Source: a bacterium (lineage in GTDB: Bacteria; Electryoneota; Electryoneia; Electryoneales; Electryoneaceae). From it: a stretch of DNA of 64,000 bases. Below the pieces are notes generated by a model. That model was not told the DNA's origin. It made no database searches and saw nothing but the letters and a program-made list of their open reading frames with translations. The stretch lies in NCBI GenBank assembly GCA_963669175.1, contig OY769902.1:4256001-4320000 (forward strand), written 5' to 3'. This document shows, in pieces, positions 1-10,714 of the stretch. Each line of letters opens with the position of its first letter. Position 1 is the stretch's first letter. The translations under genes were made by a program, and so were the position numbers.

Positions 1-187
1 CCATGTGTTTACGATTTGAAAGCCAGTTTTCACCTGTACCCCGTCATTACCCTTGTATTCAGATATGTCTCTTGCAGAAAAGTGTAGCAGTCCCGATTTT
101 CCTGCGGATCTAGTCGCATGCTTCGATTCTTTCGAGCTTCACCACAGGCCCATCCTGATTTCTTTATCAACACTAAGGTCAATGCTA

Positions 188-1789
188 CTACTTTTCACAC
201 GCACAAGCGAGACCGGCCGGCATCTCCTTTGCTTCTTTCGGGCGCGGACGGCCATGATAGACATCAAAGGCCAACGGCAATCGCTGCATGACATCCCCTG
301 CCATCAAACCGGTTGAGCCGATCTCTTCGACAGCCAGGTCCCCGGCCATCCCATGCAACGCCGTTCCCGCAACAGCGGCCATTACCGGGAAAACACCCTG
401 TGCCAGCAGTCCGGCAATGGTTCCGGTCAGCACATCCCCCATACCAGCCGTAGCCATACCCGGATTACCAACCATCAGCGCATATACGGGCACTCCCGGT
501 CCGGTAACCAGCGTAGGAACTCCTTTCAATAACAAGACAGCGTTCCATTCGTTGGCGTATTTCCGCAGGATTGCGACACGATCCCGGCTGATTTCTTTCA
601 CTGAAAGCCCGGTCAGGCGTGCGAATTCACCGATATGGGGAGTCAGGATGATATCCGGATTGAGTTTCTGCAACAGCTCCGGTTTTTGCGCCAGGGCGTT
701 CAGGCCATCCGCATCAATAACCATCGGCTTCTTGACTGTTTCTACCTGGTGCTGAACCCAGGCAACCGTATCAGGATGTTGCGTCAGTCCCGGCCCGAAC
801 GCCAGCACAGCCGCCCATTCCTTGGCATCTTTGAGCACTTCTTCCGATTCAGGAATCATGCTTCCTGCGTCATTTTCCGGCAACGGGATAGTCATAACCT
901 CCGGGTGATGTCCGGCCAGGGTTAATTGCACCGATTCGGGTGTGGCGGCCTTGACCATTCCCGCCCCTGCACGCAGGCACGCTCCCGCGGTCAACGCTGC
1001 CGCGCCGGACATGCCACGCGATCCCGCGACGACCAGCACATACCCGGCATCTCCCTTGTAGGCCGACCTGCGACGATGCGGCAGGATATGGTGAATGTCG
1101 ATCTCGTCCATCAGGTAAAGATCGGTATCCGAATCTTTCATGAATTCAGGCGGGATCTGAATATCGACAACTTCAACCTTCCCGGTATAGTCCAAGCCCG
1201 GCGCCAGCACCAACCCGGCCTTCAAACCGCCAAAGGTCGCGGTCACATCAGCGAAAACGACTGGCCCTTCCACTGCACCTGTGGCGCCATTAACACCGGA
1301 AGGAATATCAACCGCCAGGACAGGGGCATCATGTTCGTTGATGGCGTTGATCGCATCGGCATAAATGCCCTTTACCGCGCCATGCAGGCCGGTCCCCATG
1401 ATGGCGTCAACAATCAGATCAGCGGGTGGCAATTCGGCAAGCTGATCCGAGCTGCTTACATCAACTACACGCCCGCCCAAGCGTTCATATACCTGGAGAT
1501 TCTGCAGCGCATCCCCTTTGATCCGGTCACGATCCGCCAGCAGGTACACAACCGGGTGCGCATACAGGTTGAACAACCTGCGAGCTACGGCATACCCGTC
1601 CCCACCGTTATTCCCCGGTCCGCAAAACACAAGAACATCTGCACCCTGTACGTCATCCAACAGCTTTTCACAATGTTCCGCTGCACCACATGCGGCCAGT
1701 TCCATCAGAACCATGCCCGGCAAGCCGAGATCTTCAATCGTCCGGCGATCCAACTCCCGCATCTGTTCCGGTGTAAATACGTGTTGCAC
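188..1789 (-). CDS. nnr: Bifunctional NAD(P)H-hydrate epimerase/dehydratase (YjeF N+C)
   Basis: Motifs CGPGNNGGDG, DAIMGTG, DIPSG, DADGLN, LTPHIGEF, GNPGMATAGMGDVLTG; start moved to GTG at 1789 behind a GGAGGGG SD. Confidence 0.95.
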   Translation of the reverse strand: MQHVFTPEQMRELDRRTIEDLGLPGMVLMELAACGAAEHCEKLLDDVQGADVLVFCGPGNNGGDGYAVARRLFNLYAHPVVYLLADRDRIKGDALQNLQVYERLGGRVVDVSSSDQLAELPPADLIVDAIMGTGLHGAVKGIYADAINAINEHDAPVLAVDIPSGVNGATGAVEGPVVFADVTATFGGLKAGLVLAPGLDYTGKVEVVDIQIPPEFMKDSDTDLYLMDEIDIHHILPHRRRSAYKGDAGYVLVVAGSRGMSGAAALTAGACLRAGAGMVKAATPESVQLTLAGHHPEVMTIPLPENDAGSMIPESEEVLKDAKEWAAVLAFGPGLTQHPDTVAWVQHQVETVKKPMVIDADGLNALAQKPELLQKLNPDIILTPHIGEFARLTGLSVKEISRDRVAILRKYANEWNAVLLLKGVPTLVTGPGVPVYALMVGNPGMATAGMGDVLTGTIAGLLAQGVFPVMAAVAGTALHGMAGDLAVEEIGSTGLMAGDVMQRLPLAFDVYHGRPRPKEAKEMPAGLACACEK

Positions 1790-1921
1790 AATCCCCTCCC
1801 ACTGATGGACCGTTTCAATTGTTCTTTCCCTGAAAATAGGGGTAGCCCCAAAGCGCTGCAAGAATGAGAAAAGAGTTTCCAATATTCATGCGGGTCAAAC
1901 CGTGATAGTGTATATTCCCTC

Positions 1922-2443
1922 ATGCCAACATTAACAGAAGCATCACAACCACAGACTATCCCCACCATCCTTGGGATTGATCCCGGAACCCAGGTGACCG
2001 GTTGGGGAATCATCACCGCGACCAAACGTCCCCAGATGATAGGTTGTGGCGCAATCCGTACCAAGTCCGGCGACCCCCTGGAACTTCGGCTGCACCATAT
2101 CTTTTCGGAAATCGATGAGCTGCTGGTCCGTTTCGCGCCGATCACCCTTGCTGTAGAAGACCCGTTTGTGGGAAAAAATCCGCGAAGTGCGCTGGTTCTT
2201 GGGCAGGCACGCGGTGTTGTCCTGGTTGCCGGTGTGCGACGTGGGGTTCCAGTCGCGCATTACCCGCCACGATCTGTAAAATCCGCCATTGTCGGCAAAG
2301 GCAGCGCGTCCAAGGAGCAGGTCCAGTTCATGGTGCAGAAACTATTGGGATTAAAGGAAGCGCCCAAGCCTCTGGACGCCTCCGATGCGGTGGCGGTAGC
2401 GTTGTGTCATCTTCACCGTGGCCGAATCGCGCGACGTTTCTGA
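1922..2443 (+). CDS. ruvC: Holliday junction resolvase RuvC
   Basis: ILGIDPG..TGWG, AVEDPF, LGQARGV, GKGSASKEQV, DASDAVAVALCH. Confidence 0.95.
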   Translation: MPTLTEASQPQTIPTILGIDPGTQVTGWGIITATKRPQMIGCGAIRTKSGDPLELRLHHIFSEIDELLVRFAPITLAVEDPFVGKNPRSALVLGQARGVVLVAGVRRGVPVAHYPPRSVKSAIVGKGSASKEQVQFMVQKLLGLKEAPKPLDASDAVAVALCHLHRGRIARRF

Positions 2444-2481
2444 AGCTGTACACTACCAGGATGGGCAGAATCGAGCAAGAA

Positions 2482-2615
2482 TTCACAGGATGGACAGGAT
2501 GAAAAGGATATAACAGGATAAAAACATAAAACATTAATTATTAAAAATTTTTTCTCTATTGTTCTATTGTTGTAGTGCCGTAGTGTTGTAGTGTTGTAGT
2601 GTTCTATACTGTTTC
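2482..2615. repeat. Short tandem repeat mosaic: degenerate 9-mer CAGGATG(G/A)A and 8-mer TAGTGTTG units
   Basis: caggatgga-caggatgaa-aaggatata-acaggat, then tagtgccg-tagtgttg-tagtgttg-tagtgttc. Confidence 0.7.
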
Positions 2616-2766
2616 TTGAAAGTATTGTCTTGTGCGAGAAGCAACCACACAAAGCTGTAAATGCGAATTCAACACATCCATTTCGCAGATATGCGACATT
2701 ACTTTCAAGCATTACTATAATATGTATGTCTTTACAATACAAGTGTGATTTATTGTTATAAATTAA

Positions 2767-3098
2767 GGCTGCTCACAAGAATTTGTGCATATTATCAACG
2801 AGCACGTTTCGTCAGGTCTTGACGTGATGCCTTATTCATGTTCTTCTCCGCAATTTCAGACACAAGTCCAACTTCACAACTGCTATTTCGCATGATAGAT
2901 CGTCATCAGGCATCACGTTGTGACCTGACGACAGCGAGAATGCAAATACCAGTGGCAGGTCACAACGCGACAATAACAGGACAAGAGGTGTTTCAGCATC
3001 ATCGTGCATTCTGAAATACATAGCGAAAGCAGAAAACAGAATGTCGCGTCAAGACCTGCCACAACATTGCCCTGATGCACAAATTCTTGTGAGGAACC
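2767..3098 (+). mobile_element. MITE family 1, copy 1 (~332 bp)
   Basis: 24-bp imperfect TIR GGCTGCTCACAAGAATTTGTGCAT / ATGCACAAATTCTTGTGAGGAACC; flanked by TAA on both sides; homologous to 10326-10656 and 45291-45623. Confidence 0.85.
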
Positions 3099-3191
3099 TA
3101 AATTAATTTGCAACTAATTTCTTATGTTTTTATCCTTAATCCTTATCAGTTCATCCTTTTCATCCTGTAAATTCCTGCGAGCATGCCAGCG

Positions 3192-5456
3192 TTAACGTAA
3201 AAGCACCACTCGTGTCAGGCTTATCCATTCCGTACCGGCCTGCACCCGGATAAAGTATGTACCGGACGCGACCTTCGCATACCACTGAAACTCATGCCAA
3301 CCTGCATCCAGACGATCATCATACAGAACGCAGTGCCGTCTGCCAAGAATATCATAGATTTCAGCCCTGACATGCTCCGCACGGGGTACTGCAAGAGTAA
3401 TCCGCACCTGTTGATTGAAAGGGTTGGGGTGAGGCGGATACAACTTGAACTGCAGAGGTAGAGTTTCGGATTGCTTTCCCACAACATCCAGCATGTTGAA
3501 ATTCCACACCTGGTTTGACAGGGTACAATGTCCACGCGTATCGACTGCTTTTACGCGCCAGGAATACCTTGAACCAGAAGGCGATAATTCGTTCTCATAA
3601 ACGACGATTGCCGTATCCGAACCGGTGGGCCACACCATGGGATTATCGAAGCTGCCGTTGGGGGAAAGCTCAAGGAAATAAGTGACAGAATCATCCGTAC
3701 TGCAGTCGATCGTGGCATCCCATACGAATAGTATTGAATCCCGAATTCCAGTATCGTTGGGTGGCGAATCCAGGTTGAAAGCACAAGGCGCCAGTCCGAT
3801 ATCCGTGACGGTCAGAGTTCGAGTTTCACTGGTCCAATCCATCCACACATTGTCATAGGCAGTCACGCGCCAATAGTAGGTGCATTCCGGCTCCAGGTTT
3901 TCGACAATGTGGTTTTCTCCTGTAATGAACCAGTATTTATCTGATGAAGTAAACTGTGGCGTCAGGGAAATCTCAAGCATGTAGTCTATTTCATCATCGG
4001 GGTTAGGATCATTGGCTGCCAGCCAACTGAATCGAACCGGCAGGGTGTCGTTCATACTACCGTTTTCCGGCCAGAGAAGCTCAAACGGTTCTGGCGGCTC
4101 CATGATATTGCAGGGCTCGGTACAGAATGGAAGGATGTCCAGTTCGATAGCAACGGTATCCCCTTGTCCGTCTTCATTTTGCAGGATATGATAGGGACCG
4201 GAAGCATGCCCCCAGTAGTTATTTTCCACATTATACTGCGGCGTTGCAAGAATTGGATAGCCAACTGCATATCCAATATTTCCATGAAAATCGTTGTCAG
4301 TGGCAGATAAACAAACATCAGTACTATTGGCAATTAAAACTCCTTTCCCCGCATTTTCGCCCTCACTTTGAACCACATTGTCTCTGAATACGTTGTCTCG
4401 CAATTGAAGCACAAAATTAATACTATTGACACAGTTCAGACTGATAATGCTTTTTTCTGTTTCATTTCCTTCATAATAATTCCCTTCAATTCTCCCATAT
4501 GCTCTTAAACATGAAACAGAACCATATGTACTCGCATAATTATTATAAAAACCATTATTATATATTTTTATCGTACTATCATAATCACAAACATATATCA
4601 AGCCACCATATGGGCTCACAATGTTATCAGGAATTTCATTATTTCCAAAATAACATTCTCGTATTAAAAGATCATCATAGCCATAACATTCTATAGCGCT
4701 GGCTGATCCTCTTGAGATGTTTCCATCAAAACGGCATCGTACGATCTGATTATCAGTTTGTAAAAAATCAATAACCATGACACCCCCTTCTTCCTCTGCT
4801 TCATTGGCAAGGAAGATACTTTGGGCGCAATTAAACCTTCCTCCGTACAGGTATACTACTCCCCCATCACTTCCAGCGTAATTATCAATAAACTGGCATT
4901 GGGCGATGTCAAGAGAAGAATATGCCGCATAGAAGACAGCGCCATCGTTTTCCGTTTGATTGTTTTTAAAAATGCAATTATCGACGTTTGCAATTGCAGC
5001 ATCAGACAAGTAGACTGCACCGTAATGGGTGACCGCATGGTTTTCAACAACACAGTGGTCAAGGTTCAGAATACCAGAGTAAATGGTAATAGCGTGGCCC
5101 TGTTCATCCGGATCACGTGAAAGAGTAAATCCTGAAATGGTGACTGCATCCTGCGCCCCCAGGCTCAGGTATAATGTTGGCGAATCATCTTCCCCTTCCC
5201 ATGTTGTCCGATAAATCAATAAAGAATCTTGATGAAGAAGGTATTCACTGGTAATAAACAGATCCTGCGGTGTAATGTAGACTGACTCATGGTATGTCCC
5301 GGGCGCGACCAGTATTGTATCGTTGTCAACAGCAGTATTCACCGCAGACTGAATAGTATCGTAATGCTGCGGAACCCTGTGGATCGTTGCCCGCGATCCT
5401 TGCCAGATCCCGAAAAGTGCAAGTAATGTGAGAAGTAGTGTTTTTCTTCCCTGCAT
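3192..5456 (-). CDS. Secreted right-handed beta-helix (pectin-lyase/Pmp-like) + 2 FN3-like + T9SS/FlgD-type C-terminal domain protein, paralog 1
   Basis: Signal peptide, TIQSAV..DTILVAPGTY, FxxN/GG repeats, NYWGHASGP, YYWRVTAYD, HPNPFN tail. Confidence 0.8.
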   Translation of the reverse strand: MQGRKTLLLTLLALFGIWQGSRATIHRVPQHYDTIQSAVNTAVDNDTILVAPGTYHESVYITPQDLFITSEYLLHQDSLLIYRTTWEGEDDSPTLYLSLGAQDAVTISGFTLSRDPDEQGHAITIYSGILNLDHCVVENHAVTHYGAVYLSDAAIANVDNCIFKNNQTENDGAVFYAAYSSLDIAQCQFIDNYAGSDGGVVYLYGGRFNCAQSIFLANEAEEEGGVMVIDFLQTDNQIVRCRFDGNISRGSASAIECYGYDDLLIRECYFGNNEIPDNIVSPYGGLIYVCDYDSTIKIYNNGFYNNYASTYGSVSCLRAYGRIEGNYYEGNETEKSIISLNCVNSINFVLQLRDNVFRDNVVQSEGENAGKGVLIANSTDVCLSATDNDFHGNIGYAVGYPILATPQYNVENNYWGHASGPYHILQNEDGQGDTVAIELDILPFCTEPCNIMEPPEPFELLWPENGSMNDTLPVRFSWLAANDPNPDDEIDYMLEISLTPQFTSSDKYWFITGENHIVENLEPECTYYWRVTAYDNVWMDWTSETRTLTVTDIGLAPCAFNLDSPPNDTGIRDSILFVWDATIDCSTDDSVTYFLELSPNGSFDNPMVWPTGSDTAIVVYENELSPSGSRYSWRVKAVDTRGHCTLSNQVWNFNMLDVVGKQSETLPLQFKLYPPHPNPFNQQVRITLAVPRAEHVRAEIYDILGRRHCVLYDDRLDAGWHEFQWYAKVASGTYFIRVQAGTEWISLTRVVLLR

Positions 5457-5465
5457 AATGTTCCC

Positions 5466-7772
5466 TCAGCGGACCAGAACGATTCGTTGCTGGTGATCCC
5501 ATCCCGTACTGCTGCTGCATCGAAGGAAATAGACGCCGGATGGAGCCACAGAATGCCAATTAGTTGTCTGCCACCCGGGGGTGACCTCGTCATTCATGAT
5601 AACAGCTACCGTTTGCCCGAGCAGGTTTATTACTTCCACTTTCAAGACACCATACTCTGGTATGGCAATTACAGCTTTCAGTGAAGCATTGAAAGGATTC
5701 GGATATAGCGAAGCAAGTCCCCATTGCCTGGGAATGCCCGTTTGACTCATTTCATTGACAGCCAGAACCTGGAAACTCCAGCTTTCACTCGAGAAGATGC
5801 TGTGCTCAAACAAATCACGGGCAAGTACACGCCAGTAATATGTTTCCCCTTCCTCCCAGTTCATCCCCGAAACAGCGTAAAATGTATCGGCGCCGGCATC
5901 AAAACATTCCCTGTTTCGGTAGTAGTTGTTGTCCGCGATTTGTAATTCGTATTGGACACAATCACCCGTGGTGAAATCATAAGAAGTGTGCCATCGGAAA
6001 ACCTGCTCCTGCGGGTTTACCCAATCCCCATCCTGGGGAGATTGCAGAGAGAATTCCCGCGGTTCCAGTCCTGTATCTGTAATATGAACCAAATTATTCA
6101 TTGTTGTCCTTGCCTGCCAGGTTCTATCATAGGCGGTAACTCGCCAGTAATAGGACTGTTCCGGTTCCAGGTCCTGAACAACAAAAGAAGTATTATCGAT
6201 AAAGAAATACTCCCTGGGATTCAAAAACTGCCAATCATCGGAAATCTCCAGCTTATAGTCAACATGATCAACAGGATCCGGATCAAACGCCTCGTTCCAA
6301 CTGAACCTCACAGGCAATGTATCATTGCTTGCACCAAATGCAGGGTACACCAGTTCAAATGCTTCAGGTACAGTAAAACTAGTCATGTGTGCAGGTGAAA
6401 AGGGCAATACATTGATACCAGCATTTACTGTATCGCCTTGTCCACCGGGATTCAGCGTAGCCTGAAAAGGGCCGCTTTCATGTCCCCAGTAATTACCCAT
6501 AGCATTAATATATGCGCTGTCATTATCATCGTAGTTCACAATCCCAACAGCCATTTCACCATTGAGGATAAAATCATTATCAAGAATCAGCAAAGTATCA
6601 TTGGGATAACCGGCAACAACCGCTCCAGCGTATTCTTCATACTCGGGATTATACGGGATATTGTTCGAAAACAGGCAATTTCTGACCAGTACCTTGCTGT
6701 AGTTCATATTGGCTTGCCCCAGGTACAAAGCGGACGTGCTCAGGGCGGAATTGCTCTGGACCAGGTTCCCATGAAAATCTGCATCTGTGAACAAAGAAAT
6801 CGCCCCAACATGTCTGGTACAACTATTGGATTTGAATACGTTGCTGAAAATATCTGCCGGGGTATCACCGTTGGTAATCATCAGGGCGCCATAGCCGGTA
6901 TTGAACCCTCCTGCATAGTTTTCGGAAAAACTATTTCCGGTCATTTCAAGAGTGCTGAATCCCCGTAGATAGGCTGCTGTTGCCCTGACCATCGCGGAGT
7001 TTTCAAAAAACAGGTTTCGAGTAATAACAACCGGGTTATGATCGGATTCACAATCAATCGCTCCTGCCCAATAGTCGGCCACATTGTTACGAAACAAATT
7101 GCATTCCAAGGTCAGTATAACATCTTCAAGCTTGAGCGCGCCGCCGTAATAAGAAGAATTGCTGTCAAAAATGCAGTGGTGCAGCCAGAGTGTGCTGTTG
7201 TCTACCCCCAATGCGCCTCCTGATACAAGCGCGGTGTTGTTCATAAACCTGGAACAGGATATCTCTGACCACGCGTTCGATACAAAAACGCTTTTCCGTT
7301 GGGTACACTCAAAGTCTCTTACAATACAATGGTCCATTTTGAATGCACTGTTATTACCATTTATTGTCATGACACGATAGGAATCCTGATCATTCCCGGT
7401 GAATGACAGACCACAGATTCGCAGGCTGTCATTCTCGTCAAGATCTGCCTGCAACACCTGACTGTTTCCTTCATTTGAGATTCGGGTACCAACGATATCT
7501 GCTGTATCTGAGGTGAGTATATACATGCTGGCCAATACGATTGATGTGCAGGAAATCGTATCAGACAGAGTATAGTCTCCGGGTGAAACCAGGACAGTAT
7601 CGCTGTTGGAAACTGCATCCAGCGCTTGCGAAATTTCTTCATACTCGCACGGAACATGCAGGATTGCGGCCTGTCCGAAATTCATCCCCAGGAGAAATAG
7701 TGTTGTCAGTAAAACCAAGTTCTTCAAGCTCAGATCCTTCCGGTAATAGCCAGGCGTAGAGTAAGATTTCAT
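5466..7772 (-). CDS. Secreted beta-helix + FN3-like + T9SS-type CTD protein, paralog 2
   Basis: Same architecture (GGAL repeats, NYWGHESGP, YYWRVTAYD, YPNPFN); ATG at 7772 behind GGAG. Confidence 0.8.
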   Translation of the reverse strand: MKSYSTPGYYRKDLSLKNLVLLTTLFLLGMNFGQAAILHVPCEYEEISQALDAVSNSDTVLVSPGDYTLSDTISCTSIVLASMYILTSDTADIVGTRISNEGNSQVLQADLDENDSLRICGLSFTGNDQDSYRVMTINGNNSAFKMDHCIVRDFECTQRKSVFVSNAWSEISCSRFMNNTALVSGGALGVDNSTLWLHHCIFDSNSSYYGGALKLEDVILTLECNLFRNNVADYWAGAIDCESDHNPVVITRNLFFENSAMVRATAAYLRGFSTLEMTGNSFSENYAGGFNTGYGALMITNGDTPADIFSNVFKSNSCTRHVGAISLFTDADFHGNLVQSNSALSTSALYLGQANMNYSKVLVRNCLFSNNIPYNPEYEEYAGAVVAGYPNDTLLILDNDFILNGEMAVGIVNYDDNDSAYINAMGNYWGHESGPFQATLNPGGQGDTVNAGINVLPFSPAHMTSFTVPEAFELVYPAFGASNDTLPVRFSWNEAFDPDPVDHVDYKLEISDDWQFLNPREYFFIDNTSFVVQDLEPEQSYYWRVTAYDRTWQARTTMNNLVHITDTGLEPREFSLQSPQDGDWVNPQEQVFRWHTSYDFTTGDCVQYELQIADNNYYRNRECFDAGADTFYAVSGMNWEEGETYYWRVLARDLFEHSIFSSESWSFQVLAVNEMSQTGIPRQWGLASLYPNPFNASLKAVIAIPEYGVLKVEVINLLGQTVAVIMNDEVTPGWQTTNWHSVAPSGVYFLRCSSSTGWDHQQRIVLVR

Positions 7773-7800
7773 AAAGACTCCCAAAGAACGTCAGGGCGAT

Positions 7801-10068
7801 CTATTTCAAGAATACAATTTTCCGGTTCTCTTTCCAGCCAGCACAGTTGCTGACTTGCAGGAAGTAGCACCCCGCCGGTTTATCCGCTGCATTCCAGACA
7901 AAACGATGAAATCCGGGCGCTGTTTTTCCTGAATATATCGTATCGATATGTCTGCCGAGCACATCATAAACAATAACACTGAGCATCCCGGTTTCGGGAA
8001 CGCTTACGGTAATACCGGTTTCTGAATTGAACGGGTTGGGATAGCAGGTCAGCAGATTCCACTTCGTTGGTATTTTTTCCTTTTCTTCCTCAACCCGGGT
8101 TGCCAGGTGTACCATCCAGGTTTCCGTAGAAACGGTCTGATGTCCGGCCTGGTCAATGGCTATCACTCGCCAGTAGTACTGCGGGGAATCACGCCAGGTC
8201 TCCCAGGGGACGAGAAGTGTTGTGTCCACCCCGGCAGGCAGTCGTGTCGATGAAGTGAACTGCTGAGTCGTATCATATTCCAGGCTATATCGGACCACAT
8301 CTCTGGTAGTAAAATCATACGCTGTGCTCCATTGGAAAGTCAAATCTTCGTAGTTCACAGGGTAGTTGTCCTGGGGGAATATCAAGCTGAAAGGCCTCGG
8401 CGCCAACTCCACGTCGGTAAGATATACACTTCGTATTTCGCTTTCCTGGCTTTGCCAGACGTTATCAAATGCCGTGACACGCCAGTAATAGGACCGTCCC
8501 AGCAATATGTCACGGACAATACGTGAAGTCCCTTCGATAAAATAGTATTGCTTCGGGTTGGTGAACTGTAAGTCCTCAGAGATTTCAAGCAGGTAATCAA
8601 CCTGATCCGCCGGATCTATATCGAAAGCGGTCTCCCATGCGAAACGAACAGGAAGCGTATCATTCATACCATCATCAGGCGGATATAGTAGCGCGAATGG
8701 ATCAGGTTCGTTAAAACTGGTCAGTGGGATCTGGGAAAAAGGCAGGACATTAATAGTCGAAGCAACGCTGTCCCCCAGCCCGTTATGATTTTGCATGGGT
8801 TGGTGCGGTCCTGTCATATGTCCCCAATAATTACCAGGCGCATTGACATATGCCGTATCCAGATCATTTTCAATCTTATCTGCGACATAACCGTTGTTGT
8901 TCACAATATCATTGTTGAACAGAAGCAATGTATCAAGCTCATCACGGGCAACAATAGCTCCCGTGTAATAATCATCATCAAGATCATAGGGGCCATTTCC
9001 GATGAACCTGTTGTTCCAGGCCTCTACTTTTGTACTGTAGTCGTTGACATGATATACCAACATGGCGGGAAAATTCTTCGCCCTGTTACCTGCAACCAGG
9101 TTATCATGAAAATCAGTATCCGCCTGCAAACAAACGGCTGCACCTGAATTCTCGTTATGATTATCTAGAAATCCATTTCGGGCGACTTCGAACTGGTCAC
9201 TTTCAGAGCTTAACGCTAAGGCTCCTCCATATGCGGAACCACCTACACCTTCATTTTGAGCAAAAAGACAATCATCTATGACAAGTGTATCAAGACTTGA
9301 GATAAAAACAGCAAATCCCTTTACTTCACTTCTGTTTGAAATGAACCGGTTTCGATGCAGGTAGGCCTCTCCCTCAGCACACTGTAGCCAGAGTGCCCCA
9401 CCGTACCAACTGGCGTAGTTGTTTTCGAATATGGAGCTTTCAAGAGAAAGATACAGACAGTGACATCTTAATGCTCCCCCGGATTCTGATGCATTTGCGC
9501 CGAAATAGCAATGGTCAATCCATGTAAAACCTTGTGAGATTGCCACTGTACTGATTCCAGTGGAATCACCATTAGCCACAAATGCGCAACAGGTCAAATG
9601 CACATCAGGACCATACAAGCTGACCTTAGAGTGACTCCCGCTGGTAAAATTGCAGACATAACAATGATCCATATATACAAATCCACCGGCTGATTCAACT
9701 TCAATGGCACGGTAATTCTGGAATTCACTGCTTTCGAATAAAAGACCGATAAGCGATAACGTATCCTCATTGGTCAATTCAGCACGTAATACACGCATAC
9801 CCGAAATGCTGGACAGGCGGGTCGCATGGATCGTTGCGGAATCCAGTGATGTGATGTACTGACTGGCAAGAGTTATGGACATATTCGAAACAGATATGTT
9901 TTCTTCGTAATTGCCAGGTGCAATTAAAACTGTATCTCCAGACGCACAGGCATCAATAGCCATCTGAATGGTAGGCAGGTAGGCAGGCACATTCAGGATT
10001 GCGGCCTGAATCACCACAGGGAATATCGTGGCCCAGAGAATAATGAGCAGAACGGTTTTTTTTGACAT
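7801..10068 (-). CDS. Secreted beta-helix + FN3-like + T9SS-type CTD protein, paralog 3
   Basis: Same architecture (GGAL repeats, NYWGHMTGP, YYWRVTAFD, YPNPFN). Confidence 0.8.
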   Translation of the reverse strand: MSKKTVLLIILWATIFPVVIQAAILNVPAYLPTIQMAIDACASGDTVLIAPGNYEENISVSNMSITLASQYITSLDSATIHATRLSSISGMRVLRAELTNEDTLSLIGLLFESSEFQNYRAIEVESAGGFVYMDHCYVCNFTSGSHSKVSLYGPDVHLTCCAFVANGDSTGISTVAISQGFTWIDHCYFGANASESGGALRCHCLYLSLESSIFENNYASWYGGALWLQCAEGEAYLHRNRFISNRSEVKGFAVFISSLDTLVIDDCLFAQNEGVGGSAYGGALALSSESDQFEVARNGFLDNHNENSGAAVCLQADTDFHDNLVAGNRAKNFPAMLVYHVNDYSTKVEAWNNRFIGNGPYDLDDDYYTGAIVARDELDTLLLFNNDIVNNNGYVADKIENDLDTAYVNAPGNYWGHMTGPHQPMQNHNGLGDSVASTINVLPFSQIPLTSFNEPDPFALLYPPDDGMNDTLPVRFAWETAFDIDPADQVDYLLEISEDLQFTNPKQYYFIEGTSRIVRDILLGRSYYWRVTAFDNVWQSQESEIRSVYLTDVELAPRPFSLIFPQDNYPVNYEDLTFQWSTAYDFTTRDVVRYSLEYDTTQQFTSSTRLPAGVDTTLLVPWETWRDSPQYYWRVIAIDQAGHQTVSTETWMVHLATRVEEEKEKIPTKWNLLTCYPNPFNSETGITVSVPETGMLSVIVYDVLGRHIDTIYSGKTAPGFHRFVWNAADKPAGCYFLQVSNCAGWKENRKIVFLK

Positions 10069-10325
10069 GGCGCCCTCTATAGCAGCACATCATTATATAC
10101 TGATCTGTTGTAAACTAGACATCGTTGGATAAGGAAACAAGCTGCGATGAGAACTGGGATGAAAAACATTAGTGGACCGATTTACTGGAGCAGCATCGAC
10201 TATTTGACCTGTAAAGTGGGAAAGCAGTCGAGAAATGAAACCATGGTGCCTTTTCATGTTTACTAATAATCGAGAATAACCAACTGTTTGCCAAGCGAAT
10301 AATGGGACTGCTACTTTTTCATTTT

Positions 10326-10656
10326 GGCTGCTCACAAGTATTTGTGCATATTATTGACGAGCACGTTTCGTCAGGTCTTGACGTGATGCCTTTTCTTGTT
10401 CTTCTCCGCAATTTCAGACACTTATACGTCTGACACCTGCTATTCCGCACGATTTGTCGTCATCTGTCATCACGTTGTGACCTGACGACAGCGAGAATGC
10501 TGATACCGGTGGCAGGTCACAACGCGACAATAACAGGACGAGAGGTGGTTTCAGTATCATCGTGTATTCAGGAAAACATAGTGAAAGCCGAAAACAGAAA
10601 GTCGCGTCAAGACCTGCCACAACATTGCCCGGATGCACAAATTCTTGCGAGGAACC
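10326..10656 (+). mobile_element. MITE family 1, copy 2
   Basis: Full-length homology and the same TIRs as 2767-3098. Confidence 0.85.
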
Positions 10657-10666
10657 TTCATTTTTA

Positions 10667-10714
10667 CTGAGCCTCCCCCGTTTTCGTGGACACCACGAAA
10701 ACGGGGAGGCTCAG
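10667..10714. repeat. 22-bp-arm GC-rich inverted repeat (REP-like hairpin or bidirectional terminator)
   Basis: CTGAGCCTCCCC(C)GTTTTCGTGG-aca-CCACGAAAACGGGGAGGCTCAG. Confidence 0.75.
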
